Source: Phoronis australis
Taxonomy: Eukaryota > Animalia > Phoronida
DNA: 64,000 nucleotides
Direction of reading: 5' to 3'
Assembly: GCA_002633005.1 (NCBI GenBank)
Contig: NMRA01000392.1
Coordinates: 190,279-254,278 of the forward strand
The notes under the pieces were generated by a model. It was given only the letters and a program-made list of their open reading frames with translations. It made no database searches and was not told the DNA's origin. Made by a program: the position numbers and the translations under genes. Positions 1 through 13,056 of this stretch are shown piece after piece (the stretch's first letter is position 1; each line of letters begins with the position of its first letter).

Positions 1-1352
1 TGTTGATGGCATGCCTCAAGGACGAAGCATTCGATTTTGTTAATATGTTGAACCAAGTGATACAACTCCAGGCTCCAGCTGATTTTGATGGCCTTGAAAT
101 CGTTTTCAAAATCACAACCAGACCCGAGAAAATCCAGTTTTGTTTTGTCAACTATGTCACGAAATATCTCATGAAGAATGATTTTGTTTATATTTTGTAC
201 CAACGTGTAGAAAGCTAATTAAGTCCAGGATTCGGTCGATTTTGGTGACCTTCACTTCGTTTTCATGTTTCCATGTTGGCTCGATGATAGCTTATGGAAA
301 AGGCTTTAGATTACAGTAAGTTCTGAATTTGTCGTCAACCTCGTCAGCCGATATTATCTGCACTTCCAAGGTTATCGACAATGAGGAATTTTAACAGTGA
401 ATTTCCTCCAAGCCCTGAAATTGGCCGCTCTTTAGCCTAGTTGGAGTACGTTATGATATAAATTGTCGACAACATAAATCAGGGTACTTGGTGGGCACGG
501 CTATCAGCCATGGACCCAGTAAACATTTACTTTACGGACCTGCAACTGCCTCTTCTGGCGCAGTAGGCCTAACGTCGGATCCATTGGGGCAGACATCGGC
601 GCGTATACGAGCCAGCCCTGCTACGTCGGCTCAGTTAACTAGCCGCTTCCAGCATTTCAACCGTGCCATAACGAAGCCGACAGTGGCGGTCATGTTTAAA
701 GGAATGCCGTTTAAACCCGCAGCTAGTATGGGAAATACACTTTCAATTGAACATAAGTGTTAATCGCAAGCGACAGGAATATTTCTTGAAGCGGCCGTTT
801 TATTTTAGAGCTTTAAAAAGAATTTCTGCCAGGGTGTGTGGCTGCGGGATTCTTTCCCCAAGCAGTAAAATTACTTTTTCTTTCCAGAACATTTGGCCTT
901 GCGGTAATCAGCTATTCTTTAAAGTGAAAACTAAGGAAGCGATTGGGCACAAAGTATATAATGTATTTACAAAAGTCACATAATAAATGTATGTATAAAA
1001 ACTACCGTCAACTTACAGCTATAGGTAGCTGTGTGTTGAGCTTCGTTAGACACCGAAGCTTCACACAACCCAGGTAGCTCAACTCGTCACCTCGTCGTAA
1101 AACTTATATCAACATGTAGAGCTAACGACTAGCGGGGATGCATGCAGAATCTGGCCGTAATTAACCAACACTCACCTTGCCTGTTTCAGCCGTTTAAGCG
1201 AAGAAACAATCTAATAAACGTCATTTTTGCGTAATTTTCCACTTTTGTAACAAAGAAAAGTTTGCCGTCGCTTTGAAAACAATGCGCTTGTGACACGCGC
1301 ACGCTCCATTTCCTATTAAAATTGTGTAATATCTCTCAAGAGTCGATGATAC

Positions 1353-1419
1353 ATGGGCGGCGCACCATAGGGGGCTGAAAGCTATTGCCCCCACTTATTT
1401 CAGTGCTGCGCTGCCCATG
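1353..1419. mobile_element. Very short MITE-like hairpin
   Basis: 13-bp inverted ends catgggcggcgca / tgcgctgcccatg; no TSD seen. Confidence 0.4.
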
Positions 1420-2297
1420 ACAGCCTCTTAGCAAACTGGGTTTGCTGGTATAAAATACAAAAATTTTGTAACGTAATGAAACCAGTTCCGATTGTTATGA
1501 CATGTACACAACCTCGTGGAAGAGAAGAACACTTGATTGAAGAATCGGGAAACTTGGCCAATGGTTGACGACACAATATTTCATGGCGCCGAAATCCGAC
1601 CCAAAAGAGGGCATCACAATTTTAGCAGCAATAACGGTAGAAGGCCAATTTTTCTAACATCTCGGTAAATAATTTAGTTTACTCAAGGAAGAGATTAGTT
1701 TTTAATGACATCAATAAATTTTGGCGGCGGCAGGCCCGAAGAGAAATGTACGCGACGGTAGCCGGAGGGAGTGAAATTAAGCTAACGGAGTGGCGTCACG
1801 AATTGAAGGCCATGCAGTACGAAATTGGCCACCCTCCCTCCGCGTCCGCGAAAAAATGGAACACCCGGTGCACTACTTGGGATAAAGGCAGAGCCGAAAC
1901 GGGCGCAACAAATGTCTGTGGTGGAGCGGGGAAGACAGAGTTCGTGTGAACTTTGCATTTTATGTAATACAACGTACGTAGTATCAGTGCCAGAAACAGC
2001 CACAAGGAAATCTGCACAGTTTCCGCTAGCCTCACCCAATTGGCTTTATTGCGAACTGATGCTCGTTTGGAGGGGTGTCATGAACAATTTTGCGACTTAT
2101 CGCTGTGTCAAAAACGAATACATGGAAGTCAGCCATTATCTTTTCACATTTATCAATAGGGCAAATATAAATGTTTGCATTAAAGCTCTTGCAGTGTTTG
2201 AACGTGGCGTCTTGAGCATTTCATTAAGCAAAGATTTTGAAAATTCATAGTCATTTACACACCCTTGGCGACTGTTTCAATGTTTTTCTTAATATAG

Positions 2298-2417
2298 ATC
2301 GTTACGTAATACTTGGCAACCACCACGATGCTTGGGTATTCGGAGCAGTTGATCCAACGAGCGGCACGGCGACTCTGTTGGAGGTATCTCGAGTGTTCGC
2401 GCAACGCTACAAGTCAG
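2298..2417 (+). CDS. GCPII/NAALADase-like exon ([41 protein letters not shown])
   Basis: tag| acceptor and |gtac donor; 120 bp; carries the His and Asp Zn ligands. Confidence 0.9.
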
Positions 2418-2688
2418 GTACAAATACACTGTTGGGCAGAATTATTTACCTTGCATAACGGGTTAAAAGATTGTGAATACTTGTACATTTATTACGCAAA
2501 TAGAGTAGGGTTTGGCAGCAGCCCCTATAGTACCAGAGAGTGAAGCACTCTGGTGTCAAAGTGCTTATGTCGAAGAGAGAAATGCGAATCGATGGCAAAT
2601 GCATGTAATGGCAACGAATAGGTCTTTGGTTCCTTCAGTGTGGTGAATGTGTGGTATCCATATGTGCCATGCTTGACGATATATAACC

Positions 2689-3709
2689 CAGTGGCGGATC
2701 TAGGATATCACAAGGGGGGGCCCAACTTTTTGTCCGGCTGTAAGCATTTGCGCAAACTGAACCACGATTGTAGATGAGCATATCACCGAAGTGGAGGGAG
2801 GTCGCCCAAGAAATTTTTCTGTTTTAACCTCTAAAAATCAAGCATTTTCCTTGATTCCTGAAGACAAAAAAGGCAAAAAAAAGAAAAAAAAGGAAGAACG
2901 TGTCGAACAGAAAAAACTGCAAGAACTTAAGACTCGAACTCACGACCTGACGGATAGAGCGCGCGTGCGTTACCGCTACACAACCACAACTTAACTACTA
3001 ATCTATTTTTAAGAGACCTACTTATTTATGGTCCACAGCGTTTGCGCGCGAAACCTACTTCTTTTTGTAATGCTTATTACACGTTTTATTTTTTGTGCCA
3101 TCAATTCTTAACAAATTTGTCGTATTTAAAATAGTCTTCAAATGCGCAAAAGACCAAATTCGTTTTTCGTGTTGGCAATAATGGCGGGATTGCTTTCGAA
3201 ATCGTCTTAAGATAAGGTTTGACAAAGAGAGCATTGCGAGTTTCTGAGTGATTCACTAAGGCTTCGATTAAAATTCACATCTTACCAGCAGCTTCTGTTT
3301 TTTCATCGTCACTCAGGTTCCATTTTCTTTAAAAAATGAAGTAAATTTTCTTCATTGCACAGTGGAGCAGACGACGAAAACGGAGTCGTAGTGCGCAGCG
3401 CCACTGCCGGTCGCCTGGGATATCGCGGGAGAGCCTATACTTAGCCATAGTTNNNNNNNNNNNNNNNNNNNNNNNNNNNNNNNNNNNNNNNNNNNNNNNN
3501 NNNNNNNNNNNNNNNNNNNNNNNNNNNNNNNNNNNNNNNNNNNNNNNNNNNNNNNNNNNNNNNNNNNNNNNNNNNNNNNNNNNNNNNNNNNNNNNNNNNN
3601 NNNNNNNNNNNNNNNNNNNNNNNNNNNNNNNNNNNNNNNNNNNNNNNNNNNNNNNNNNNNNNNNNNNNNGGGGCCGGGCCCGCTGCCCCCCCCCCTAAAT
3701 CCGCCTATG
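2689..3709. mobile_element. Non-autonomous hAT-like element with 5-bp TSD (spans the assembly gap)
   Basis: TIRs cagtggcggatctagg / cctaaatccgcctatg; TAACC at 2684-2688 and 3710-3714. Confidence 0.65.
3453..3669. other. Assembly gap (217 N)
   Basis: Run of N. Confidence 1.
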
Positions 3710-3959
3710 TAACCAGTAAACTTTGGCTCTTTGTGCTTAATCTCACGCAACAATTAAATTGTCAGTTGTTTCCATTCCCAGAAAGGCCACTTATTTTGAC
3801 AAAAAGACAATCTGAGACCACTTCCCGGAGCCAAGTGGTCAAAACCAAAATTAGTTTTTGTGACGAAATTCGGATTTATGGTAGCCGCTTTCAATTACGC
3901 GAATTTCTTTCTCTCACTCATTAATTTGCTGTTGACGTGTTCTTTTACTGCTCTTGAAG

Positions 3960-4042
3960 GCTGGCGACCGCGGAGATCAATTTTGTTTTGTCATTGGGCG
4001 GCAGAAGAATACGGTCTGATAGGATCTAACGAATGGGTCGAG
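3960..4042 (+). CDS. GCPII/NAALADase-like exon ([27 protein letters not shown])
   Basis: aag| acceptor and |gttagt donor; 83 bp; catalytic EE motif. Confidence 0.9.
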
Positions 4043-5529
4043 GTTAGTTTACTTTTTATGCGCCTACAGAAACATATGTGTGTGCCGTCATATCTGCCTG
4101 GGTGTCCACCGGGTGTCCATCGTCCGTTGCTGTATGTTCGAAACTTTGTGCAGGATCATGAAGAGATTGGATTCCAGCCTACGGTTTTGGGATGACTCTG
4201 ATTGCCTTTGTGTAGGCCTACTCTTATGGAAATTTTAGTTTCCTAGGAATTCCTTTATGCCTTCAAACAAATTTCTATTTAAGATGACATCCTCTTTCTA
4301 TTTTAGGTTGGATTTTGCGTATTCTGCGCCACATTTTGTTTTGTTATTTTTAAGTGACGTCAATTTTCAGATGTGTCCAATTCCTGTGGTGCCCAACGGT
4401 GACATTTTTGCATCTGATGGTGTATCCCCTAAACCGCTTGCCAGACCTTTCAAAATTACACTAGCTTGACATCTTTACAACAGAGTGAAGGAACCAATTA
4501 CCTCTGCGTCCTAAGGCAATATCATTTTCCACGTTTAAAATTTAGCAAATGTTTTGTATCATAGAGAGAGAAACGACGACACCTTCTCATTTTCAGACGG
4601 GCTCGACGTAGTCTGTGCCATCTAATTACCATTTTTATGATGTAAATAAACCCCCTAGATCGACAGTGTCATTTGCGATGCAGTCGTGGACGCATTTCAA
4701 AGCTCTGCGTTGCTCTTGTTGGAAGGATACCAAACCCGGTTTTGGCCTATTAACAGGTATTGAAAACGACTTTCTCACCCGGTTCTCTGAAACAAAATAA
4801 TTTTACGTTACCCTCGACAAACCTCAAAAGTTTGGAGGAAATTTTGAAAACTCCTTTCAAAGTCTACTAAACGGACAATCGTGACTTGCGCTTTTCGCGA
4901 ATTAAACGGCAACTGTACGAAAGGCCACCCACCAAGGACCACAATGTCCAATCTGTGACATTGGGAGCATGCGTTTTTTGTTGATTCCTACCTTTAACTT
5001 GGAAGATTGACACGGAATGATGCATTAGCAGGTGACAGAACGAGGATTGGTGGAAATCGTCAAAATGGGGTTTAGTATCCTTGTAAATATAAGCAGGCGT
5101 CTTCCTAATATATCCCAGGAAAAGACTATCATTCTAATAAATGCACAAATTTATTTCCGTGTCATTTCACTGTTTATTTTTGCGGCCAAGGGGGGGGGGG
5201 CAGGACCCCTGCCCAGCAGCCTTAAATCTGGGACCAATGGAGGTGGAATCCTGTCACAAGGATCAGAAATTGCCGTTTTCAGTTCTGCCTGGAGCGCTTA
5301 CGACGATGACGCCCTGCTCGACCAGCCATATTCTGAGGATTCCGAAGGACACCCTGCAACACGTATTGGTCTAGGTTTGATCTTGTGTCATCGTAAAACT
5401 AAAAATTGAAGATAGTACGGTCCATTCTCACTCTAAAATTGCGTTGGTGATGCACACTGCGGCATTATTCAGCTGCACGGTTGACCACGTCCATATCGTG
5501 CAAGTCTGCCATATCAAACAGTATTATAC

Positions 5530-5731
5530 CTGGGTCTGACCAAGTTAAACCTGGTTTAGGGTCTTAATACAGGTGTAAGGAACATAGACCTCGTTGGTGA
5601 AATGAAATTGACTTAGAGCAGGCCTAAACTGGAGTTAAACCAGGTTTTACTAGACCACTGGTCTAATAGTTAAACTGGTTTAAGTCCAATTTAAATCATG
5701 TTTAACTTTAAACCACCTTTATGAAATCGGC
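5530..5731. mobile_element. Degenerate MITE fragment (possibly Harbinger-like) with ttaaacc/ggtttaa internal repeats
   Basis: Repeated ttaaacc/ggtttaa units ending in tttatgaaatcggc. Confidence 0.35.
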
Positions 5732-6736
5732 TGTTACCAGTTTTCTAACATGGCCAGTGAACACAAATGAAATGAGTGGAGAAACAGTAAATTTTATTCA
5801 TTGTATTGCGTTCACGTTTACAAAAAAGATCGTACAACAATGTGAATTATATTGCACAAAATAGGCTATAGGCCAGACTAGTTAAGGCAGGTGGATACAC
5901 AAAAAAATTAATTTTAATTGTTTTTTACATTTTTATGTCATCCTAATCTTTAATTCTTGTTGCACAGTATAGGGAAGAAAAATAAAATCATTCTGAAAAT
6001 CCAAAGTTGTTTTTGTAATTATATTTGACCAAGCTTCAGTAAGCCATGTAGCTTGACTGCTCACCAGCTCAGTGACTGACAAGTGGGGTGCAGCTTATAC
6101 CAGGACACTAGCTCTAATCTAATCCTGTCAACAAACTTTGCGTAACCGGGCAATCGAGAGGGCTGTACCAGCAGATACAGATGTTGTAGCGAGACCAAGA
6201 ATAAATAATTCTATTTTTGACCATGTGAAAGTTGGTGGTGAAATGGTGAACTCCTGTTCAGTGCAGAAGTTGTGCGTATGCAAGAGAAGTCGGAAAGATG
6301 AGGTGTCTTGCGAGAGCACGTTGAGCGTCGACGTGGCCCGGGTGGTGTTGCACGATTCGATGAGAGTGCACGCACGCGCTGCGAAGACACGCCGTGCGCG
6401 CGAGACATGGACAACTACATGCCGTCAGAGAAGAATTTTTGGAGACAAACCGTGCTTCTGTGCTAGGAACGCGCCGTGGAGAAACTAGGCTGCCAAACTT
6501 AGTGGATTTTTGAACTTGCCGCCGGCTGTAACCCAAAGGATTAGAGAAATGACCCAGTGTTCAACATAACAAAATTGTTCTAGTGCATAGATTCAAATGT
6601 ATCCCTGAATTAAAACTAATGATATTATTATACGATTTTAGTGGAAAGCAAGATAAGAAACTTTGGTAACTTGAGAATCTCACCCAAACGACGCTATTTA
6701 CTTGGACACAATAGACTTCTTTGAGAGTGGTCACGA

Positions 6737-6862
6737 GGTCTCCTGGCATGAAAAGTTTCTGTCCTGGCGTCATTTTCTATCCTGGCGTGATAAATTGTCG
6801 GTCCTGGCCTGTTAAATTTTGGTCCTGATGTGATAAATTACAGGTCCTGATGTGATAAATTC
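6737..6862. repeat. Degenerate ~20-bp tandem repeat (gtcctggcgtgataaatt), about 6 units
   Basis: Seen directly. Confidence 0.7.
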
Positions 6863-7063
6863 TAGTTTTGAGTTGTGTTTTTTTTCACTTCCTGTAGAGT
6901 TTTTAATGTTGAATAGAAAATGTGTCCTGGGAATTTTCCGCTCTGGCTTTCTTTAGTAAACAAATCATCCTTATTCCAGCAGACGCGGAATTGTTTGATT
7001 CTAACTTTCATCGGAACCCATTCACTGGGGATAAGCTAAGTAATTTAATTCTTTGTAATGCAG

Positions 7064-7200
7064 GAATACATCAAGAATCTTGGCGAACGAGCTGTGACGT
7101 ACATAAACCTCGACATTGCTGTGTTATGGCCATACATGTATGTCATTAGTGTGCAGTCATCTCCTCATCTTTTCGACGCCATTTATTCTGCAACAAAAAG
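7064..7200 (+). CDS. GCPII/NAALADase-like exon (EYIKNLGERAVTYINLDIAVLWPYMYVISVQSSPHLFDAIYSATK)
   Basis: cag| acceptor and |gtaggc donor; YINLD Zn-ligand motif; ends in phase 2 although the next exon needs phase 0. Confidence 0.85.
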
Positions 7201-8895
7201 GTAGGCCCTGAAGAGATATAGACTCCTTTAGGCTATCGCCAAGTACCACTTGGTGAACTTCTGTGGACTCGGTGATTTCAAAATTCTCCGCCTTAATTTG
7301 AATCAAAAATAAATTTTTGACGCAGATTTGGAGCACCCATGTTATTGTAGCCAGACCAAATTATGAAAACGAGAGGTGCCTGTTATTTACGCATGGTAGC
7401 AAGAATTATGGCCGTATTATCACTAGTTGGACAGCCAGGAGTAACTTTGAAACATTTTAAAAATCGTTTGTACAGCCACCTTTGCTAAACTTAACCATAA
7501 CCAATGAAAAATGTGTTTTTCATATGATCTCGTGGCAACACCACAATTATTTGTACATTGCTTTCCTCTTTATATTTAAAACATTCATACTTAATTTAAA
7601 TACTGTTTTTAATCTCACCATTATCATTTTTATGTAAAATTTACCGCTTTGCCATTATCAAATCAATTGTAATTTATTACTATTGTATCTTCTTGTCCCT
7701 TTCTTTGTTTACACCAATGTTCATTACCATGTTTGCTGTATGTATTTTTGTGAGGAAGAAAAGCATTTTTGCTTGAGATAATTGTATTTCTTACTTTTAT
7801 CCTCAATAAAGATTGTTTAGAAAAAAGAACTAAGATGCTCTGTTCACCATGGTACTTTTTCCTGCGCGGATTGTCCCGGATGTGCTGCGGGATTTTCATT
7901 CATGACCTAAAAACAAAACCACACGCAAAAAGTGGTGGCAACGCACTGCAGTCCTTGGTTCGGCAAATGTCTTTTGTTACTTATAAATTTTGTTGGAGAA
8001 TACCAGGAGCTTCCGGCAGCGCCCGATCGCTAGTATTGCCTGCGCAGTGCAGGGTGTCTTGGGCATAATTAACACTCAGAATTCTGTCATTGACACCGCC
8101 GGCCCCAAGATGCTGCGTTTGATGCAAAAATGTTTAAATAAAATCGTAAAATGGTCGTTAATTAGTAGGTTGTTAATTAATAACGCTAGAAATTTTTATG
8201 TCTTCAGTTGAATTTGGGTACATGTGAAATAACATTTTATCCATATCATCAATCAAAATTGATGTATGCATACTTCCTCTGTGATACAAGTTCGTTTTTC
8301 GGGGGCCTTCTAAACACACCCGTCTTGTCTACAAAAGCCATAAAAATTGCGTCTCAAGTTATGAATAGTTATGAATCTTTATGGTGATCGGGATTACTGA
8401 GTTAGCTTTTGCATAATAGGTATCTTAATTGATGACCACAGGCATTTTCATCTATTAAGTTGCATCAGTTTAATTTGAGGGGCCCCATTTTAGGATTCCC
8501 ATGGATCAAGGCCCAGTATTGTGCAAATTAAGACGCCCCTTCTTTCCTTGGTTGGTGATTTACAATAGAATTACGCCCTAAAAACTTTTGCACTCGCCAG
8601 TGTGAATAAAGTCTTCCTGGCTCTCCAACTGCACGTGTAAAGTTGCACTTGGTTTCATGCAACAACTGCGAATACATTTTGCAAGATTTTGCAACCCAGC
8701 CGTAATTATATCTGCACATGTTCTTGATACTTGTCAGCTATGTTCACGTATCACCCTCAGTCAACGAGTTGACTTACAAGTAAGCAGCCTCTACTACGAA
8801 ATTTTGATTAAATTAAAGTCTTTTGCTACTCACTGAGTTTCAAAGCAAAGTCAAGCTTATATGCAACTCGTACCATACTGATAGTTACCTTTCAG

Positions 8896-8975
8896 ATCCC
8901 TGACCCTAACTCAGTGTCTACTCTTTATGAAGCCTGGTTCAAAAACTCCCGTACTCGTTCTTGGAGGTTGCCGAG
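8896..8975 (+). CDS. GCPII/NAALADase-like exon (IPDPNSVSTLYEAWFKNSRTRSWRLP)
   Basis: tttcag| acceptor and |gtaact donor; PDP..TLYEAW motif. Confidence 0.8.
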
Positions 8976-9553
8976 GTAACTAGACACAGCCGACAGAACG
9001 ATATTACATGTACTTCACTGAGCATATTCATTGAAAGGTTACGTTTTTTGAAATACGGCATGTCATTTGCACTTAACAGCCCTTATTGACAGTCTTATCA
9101 GATTTTGCACCAGGTGTCAATTTGTACAACAAATTGCCCATTCTGGGTACAATTCTAGGTCACTTTAATTTTAAAAAATAGAGTTACATCTATATCCTAT
9201 AAACTAGCCTTTACCCAAAGAAACTGAGTTTTGATATAAAGCACATTCCGCTAAGATGAAAAATGATTTCTAGGCAGTTCGGTTTTGCCTAATCGCGTGG
9301 CGCATCACGGAATGACCCGAGTTGCCGTTACAACACGACCATTCTGTTGAGCCTGTTCGTAAGATATAACGACTTATCAATTGTCAGTTCTTCACAAGCT
9401 CAGAAACTACAATTATAAATTGAGAAAGGGTCAAATTTACACCAATTTTATTACGGTTTGTGGTCTTAAACTCTATTTTTTGGTTGAAAACTGGTTTGTA
9501 TCAGCGTTATAAACGTTAATAATTGTTTTGAAAGTTATATACTTGAGTACACT

Positions 9554-12312
9554 CAGGGGCGGATCTACGTTTTCAGTAAGGGGGGGGTTTAGGATTCCCG
9601 CAAAGGTCGAATCCGAGGCACGTGGCGCCGAGAGGGGGGAGGTCGGGAGGGGGGTTTCCCCCCTCCGTGTAAGACCATTTTTTTGTTTTTGTAGCCAAAT
9701 AGTGAAATTTCCATGCATCCTGGTAAGTTTCTGGCACTAATAACATGTCTCTTGAGTTTTTCTTAAGATAATTTAAAACCCTTCTCGATTTCGTCGCATG
9801 AACGTGGCTCACAAGTTTCGTGAAATCATATTTGTGCACATCTGGGTATGAATTACGCCACCAGCAAAAATTTTTGTTGGAACATCTGCTTATACACACC
9901 TTTTTAGCATACGAAAAGTCGTATATGAAAAAGTGTGGTGTGTGTGGGGGGTTAGACAACTACCAAATATTCAAGAGCATAAGGAGCACCCGACGGGGAG
10001 TAAAACATTGAATAACAGATGATCGCGTAACAGCAGCCTCAAGTTGTTTAAGAACGAAGACCTGTACTGTTAGTCTGGAAATAAACATGTGTTCTGTCTA
10101 ATTATGAGAAAAACTGGCAAACGATGGTGCTCTCAGCTCATAGTATATTATTAAAAGCGACAATAAACAATTAGGTATCACTTCATTAAGCTGAATCACG
10201 TTGACCACAATTGAAAAACGTCAAATGTATCTGGAAACGAATCAGCTGAAAACAGTTTCAAGAAACCAAAACATTCTGTACATCGTGGTGAAAATATAAA
10301 CAGGACCAGTTCGCAGAGGGACCAGGTGTACACTGAGAGTACACAAAAAGGCCTGGTCCGTCACGAGACCAAAAGTACACCTGTGCTTATTATCCCTATA
10401 AACATAGTTGATCTGTGGCGGGACCAAACAGTACTGGCTGAGATAGATAGTTTTACAAAGCACACTTTGGTAAAAAAACATCACAAGACTAGTTCGCCGA
10501 GGAACCAGAAGTACACTGAAACTCACTATCTACACAAATCAAGCTGGCCTGGTCCCTCGCGAGACCTAAAGTGTACTATGCAAAAAAGTTTGAATTGAAA
10601 ACTTCTCTCTAGACACTTTTTAATGCCCAGTGGTTGCTCATACATGTATTTTATACATCTGGTCGTCAACTGCTGCGAGAGGTTGTCTAGGAAGGGTTTT
10701 CGCACCGTTCTGTAGTACTCACTGGAAGAAACAAGTATTGAGAACAAATTTAACTACGCACTACGTGAAATCAATTTTGGATATGAAGCAGATAGAGCCA
10801 AGTGGAAATACAAACCAGAATCAGTTTTTGTGCGCTCGTAGACCCTCTGCTGTATTGGGTAAATTTGGCATGACCAAAAATAATTTCTATTTCGTTTTCA
10901 TTGTACACAAGTATAAAAACCGACATTATGTACAAACTGTGTAGAATCATAACTTATTACGTAGGTATTTCTCCAGGAACGTTAGTCCTATCCTGCTGTT
11001 GTCTGGACTGCCGAGGAATCTGTATATCGGATCCAATGGTTTGCTGCTCTTGGAACCATTCTACCCAGACATCTTCGACGTTTGTTCCCAACGCTTGCAC
11101 TTCGTCAACTGCTGTGTCAATGAGCTTGTACGCCTCTACAATGTCAGCATCTCGTTTCGCAGCTCAGTTGGCACTAAGCCCCCTGAGGTTACCAAGTCCA
11201 TTCAAAAGACTTACAGCATGCGCAACTAAATTTGATCCGTTCATCATGGACTACTTCAAACCTTGACGATGTATCCCAGGACCCATTTGCATCTCTTGCA
11301 ATTTTCGAAATAAACGTCCCAGTGTCTGAACGCTTGAAACCCGAAGTACAAACATCAAATAAATGCCCATGAGCATGGGCGTTTCGTCGGTTGGGCCTTT
11401 CTGCGGAAATTCCCAGTATAGAAAACGGCAGTGGTGCTTATTGCAGGTAGAAAGACGGTAGGTGTTGAGGTCGGCACTAGGGCTCCTTAGGAGGCCCATT
11501 GAACATCGCACGAGTCCCGCAAGACTTTGTTGTGAAAATACAGGCTCCCCGCAATTTCTGGTACTGTAAACTGTTCGCGAATGCGGTCACTTTGTCAATG
11601 TGAGTGCCCCCTTGGTCATTCCTTGTATAGACAAAACTTGTTAGAGTGCATCTTCAAACAGACTCGCGACCAGACCACGGCGCCCGCCACAATAGCAATT
11701 CTTCGGAAAACAAGTTTTTTTCAAAAGTATTACATGTACATGTACACCGTATGATATTGCGCAAGACAACTTTACTGTACACCACTCAAATTCGAGTTTC
11801 AAACGTGTGGGGTGTAATACGATGACACGGCATGACAGATGAGGTAAAAACGTTGCACGTCAATTCGCCTGAATATCAGGGTTGGGGCACCACAGTATTT
11901 CCCTAATCAAATCAAAACATATCTTAGAGTAAAGAAGCTAGTTATCTAAAGAAATCAGCTATAGAGCTGCTCTTTCAGCGGTGGATCCATCTAAAATGCT
12001 TGGCTACTTCAGAAGTGTCGTCGGAAGCGCGCGCACAATTGATCTCCGGGGTTTTGTCGATGAGCCACGAAGACTCGAAACGCGTTGATTTTCATAACAG
12101 CAATTCACAATGCAAAAAATATATTTTCAGAGTGAACCCCCCCCCCTCATTTTTTCCAGGTTGGTTTACTTGGGGTTTACACACGCTGGCGGTGCCGGCG
12201 TTTTTGTTTTGCTGGAGACGTTTTTGTTTTGTTTTTTGTTTTTTTAATTTTTGGGTCCTGGCCCTAGGGGGGGGTTTAAACCCCCTGAACCCCCCCCGTA
12301 GATCCGCCTCTG
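9554..12312 (-). mobile_element. Defective hAT-superfamily DNA transposon with 5-bp TSD and an intron-containing transposase remnant
   Basis: 16-bp TIR caggggcggatctacg / cgtagatccgcctctg; ACACT at 9549-9553 and 12313-12317; minus-strand KRDADIVEAY...IPRQSRQQQDRTNVPGEIPT|EYYRTVRKPFLDNLSQQL (10650-11200). Confidence 0.75.
11196..11688. repeat. Dispersed repeat block, second copy at 63505-64000
   Basis: Near-colinear sequence match; the same 86-codon minus-strand ORF appears in both copies. Confidence 0.9.
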
Positions 12313-12663
12313 ACACTATTCCCAACTGTTTTGTGTGTTACTATTTTGACAATCTCTCCTAGTCTTTTTACAAGTAGTTTTAAGTTAGGTTATCTCGTAA
12401 TTTTGTAATTCTGATTATCTGTAACATTGTATTTTTTTTCGCTGATGGCTCCATGGTCAGCGGACCCTTCACGTCCATCAAGGAGTCTCCATAAGCGTTA
12501 TTTTGCATTGATTGTATTTTTGTCTTAACGAGAATAAAGTGTATAACTACTACTACTATTGCTCGCCGAAAAAATTTTTCTCGTATAGCTGAACAACACG
12601 GATAATAGGTTGAATTATTTTGTTTCATTAAAGTTACGCGAAAAACTATTTTCTCTTTGTCAG

Positions 12664-12754
12664 TATAGGAGCCCTTGGCGCAGGAAATGATTACGCTGCA
12701 TTCTTTCAAAGAGTTGGTGTTCCGTCAGTCGACTTGACATATTTTCATGATATG
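12664..12754 (+). CDS. GCPII/NAALADase-like exon (IGALGAGNDYAAFFQRVGVPSVDLTYFHDM)
   Basis: tgtcag| acceptor and |gtaatc donor; 91 bp; LGxGND motif. Confidence 0.9.
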
Positions 12755-13056
12755 GTAATCAATTTCTACTCTGTGAGATTTGTTGGACGTTCTAGGGTGA
12801 ACGAACCAACTATGAGTGCCAATTCTGAACTGACTGTTAGACTCCTAAAACCAATATTTTTATAGTTGCTTCTAATTTTGAATTACTTTACTTTATCGGT
12901 CATATTCGACTTGTGTTAAAGCTGGCATCTCAGATTGTGCTTGGCAGCATCTCAAAGTGAGGCTTTTCCAACTTCTTCAATGAAACTCAAACAAAAGGCC
13001 CTGCGGCCTTTGTTGCCACGGCTTCCTCATCAGTCTTTGTTTCTCACTTATTTCAG

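Noticed and set aside
1-2290. Short ORFs in the track, and upstream NAALADase exons
   Set aside because: No recognisable motifs, and no exon matching the expected NVIG..I.G..EP segment.
11251-11511. Conserved 86-aa small protein duplicated at 63557-63817
   Set aside because: About 19 amino-acid differences arise from mostly non-synonymous changes, so there is no sign of selection in this frame.
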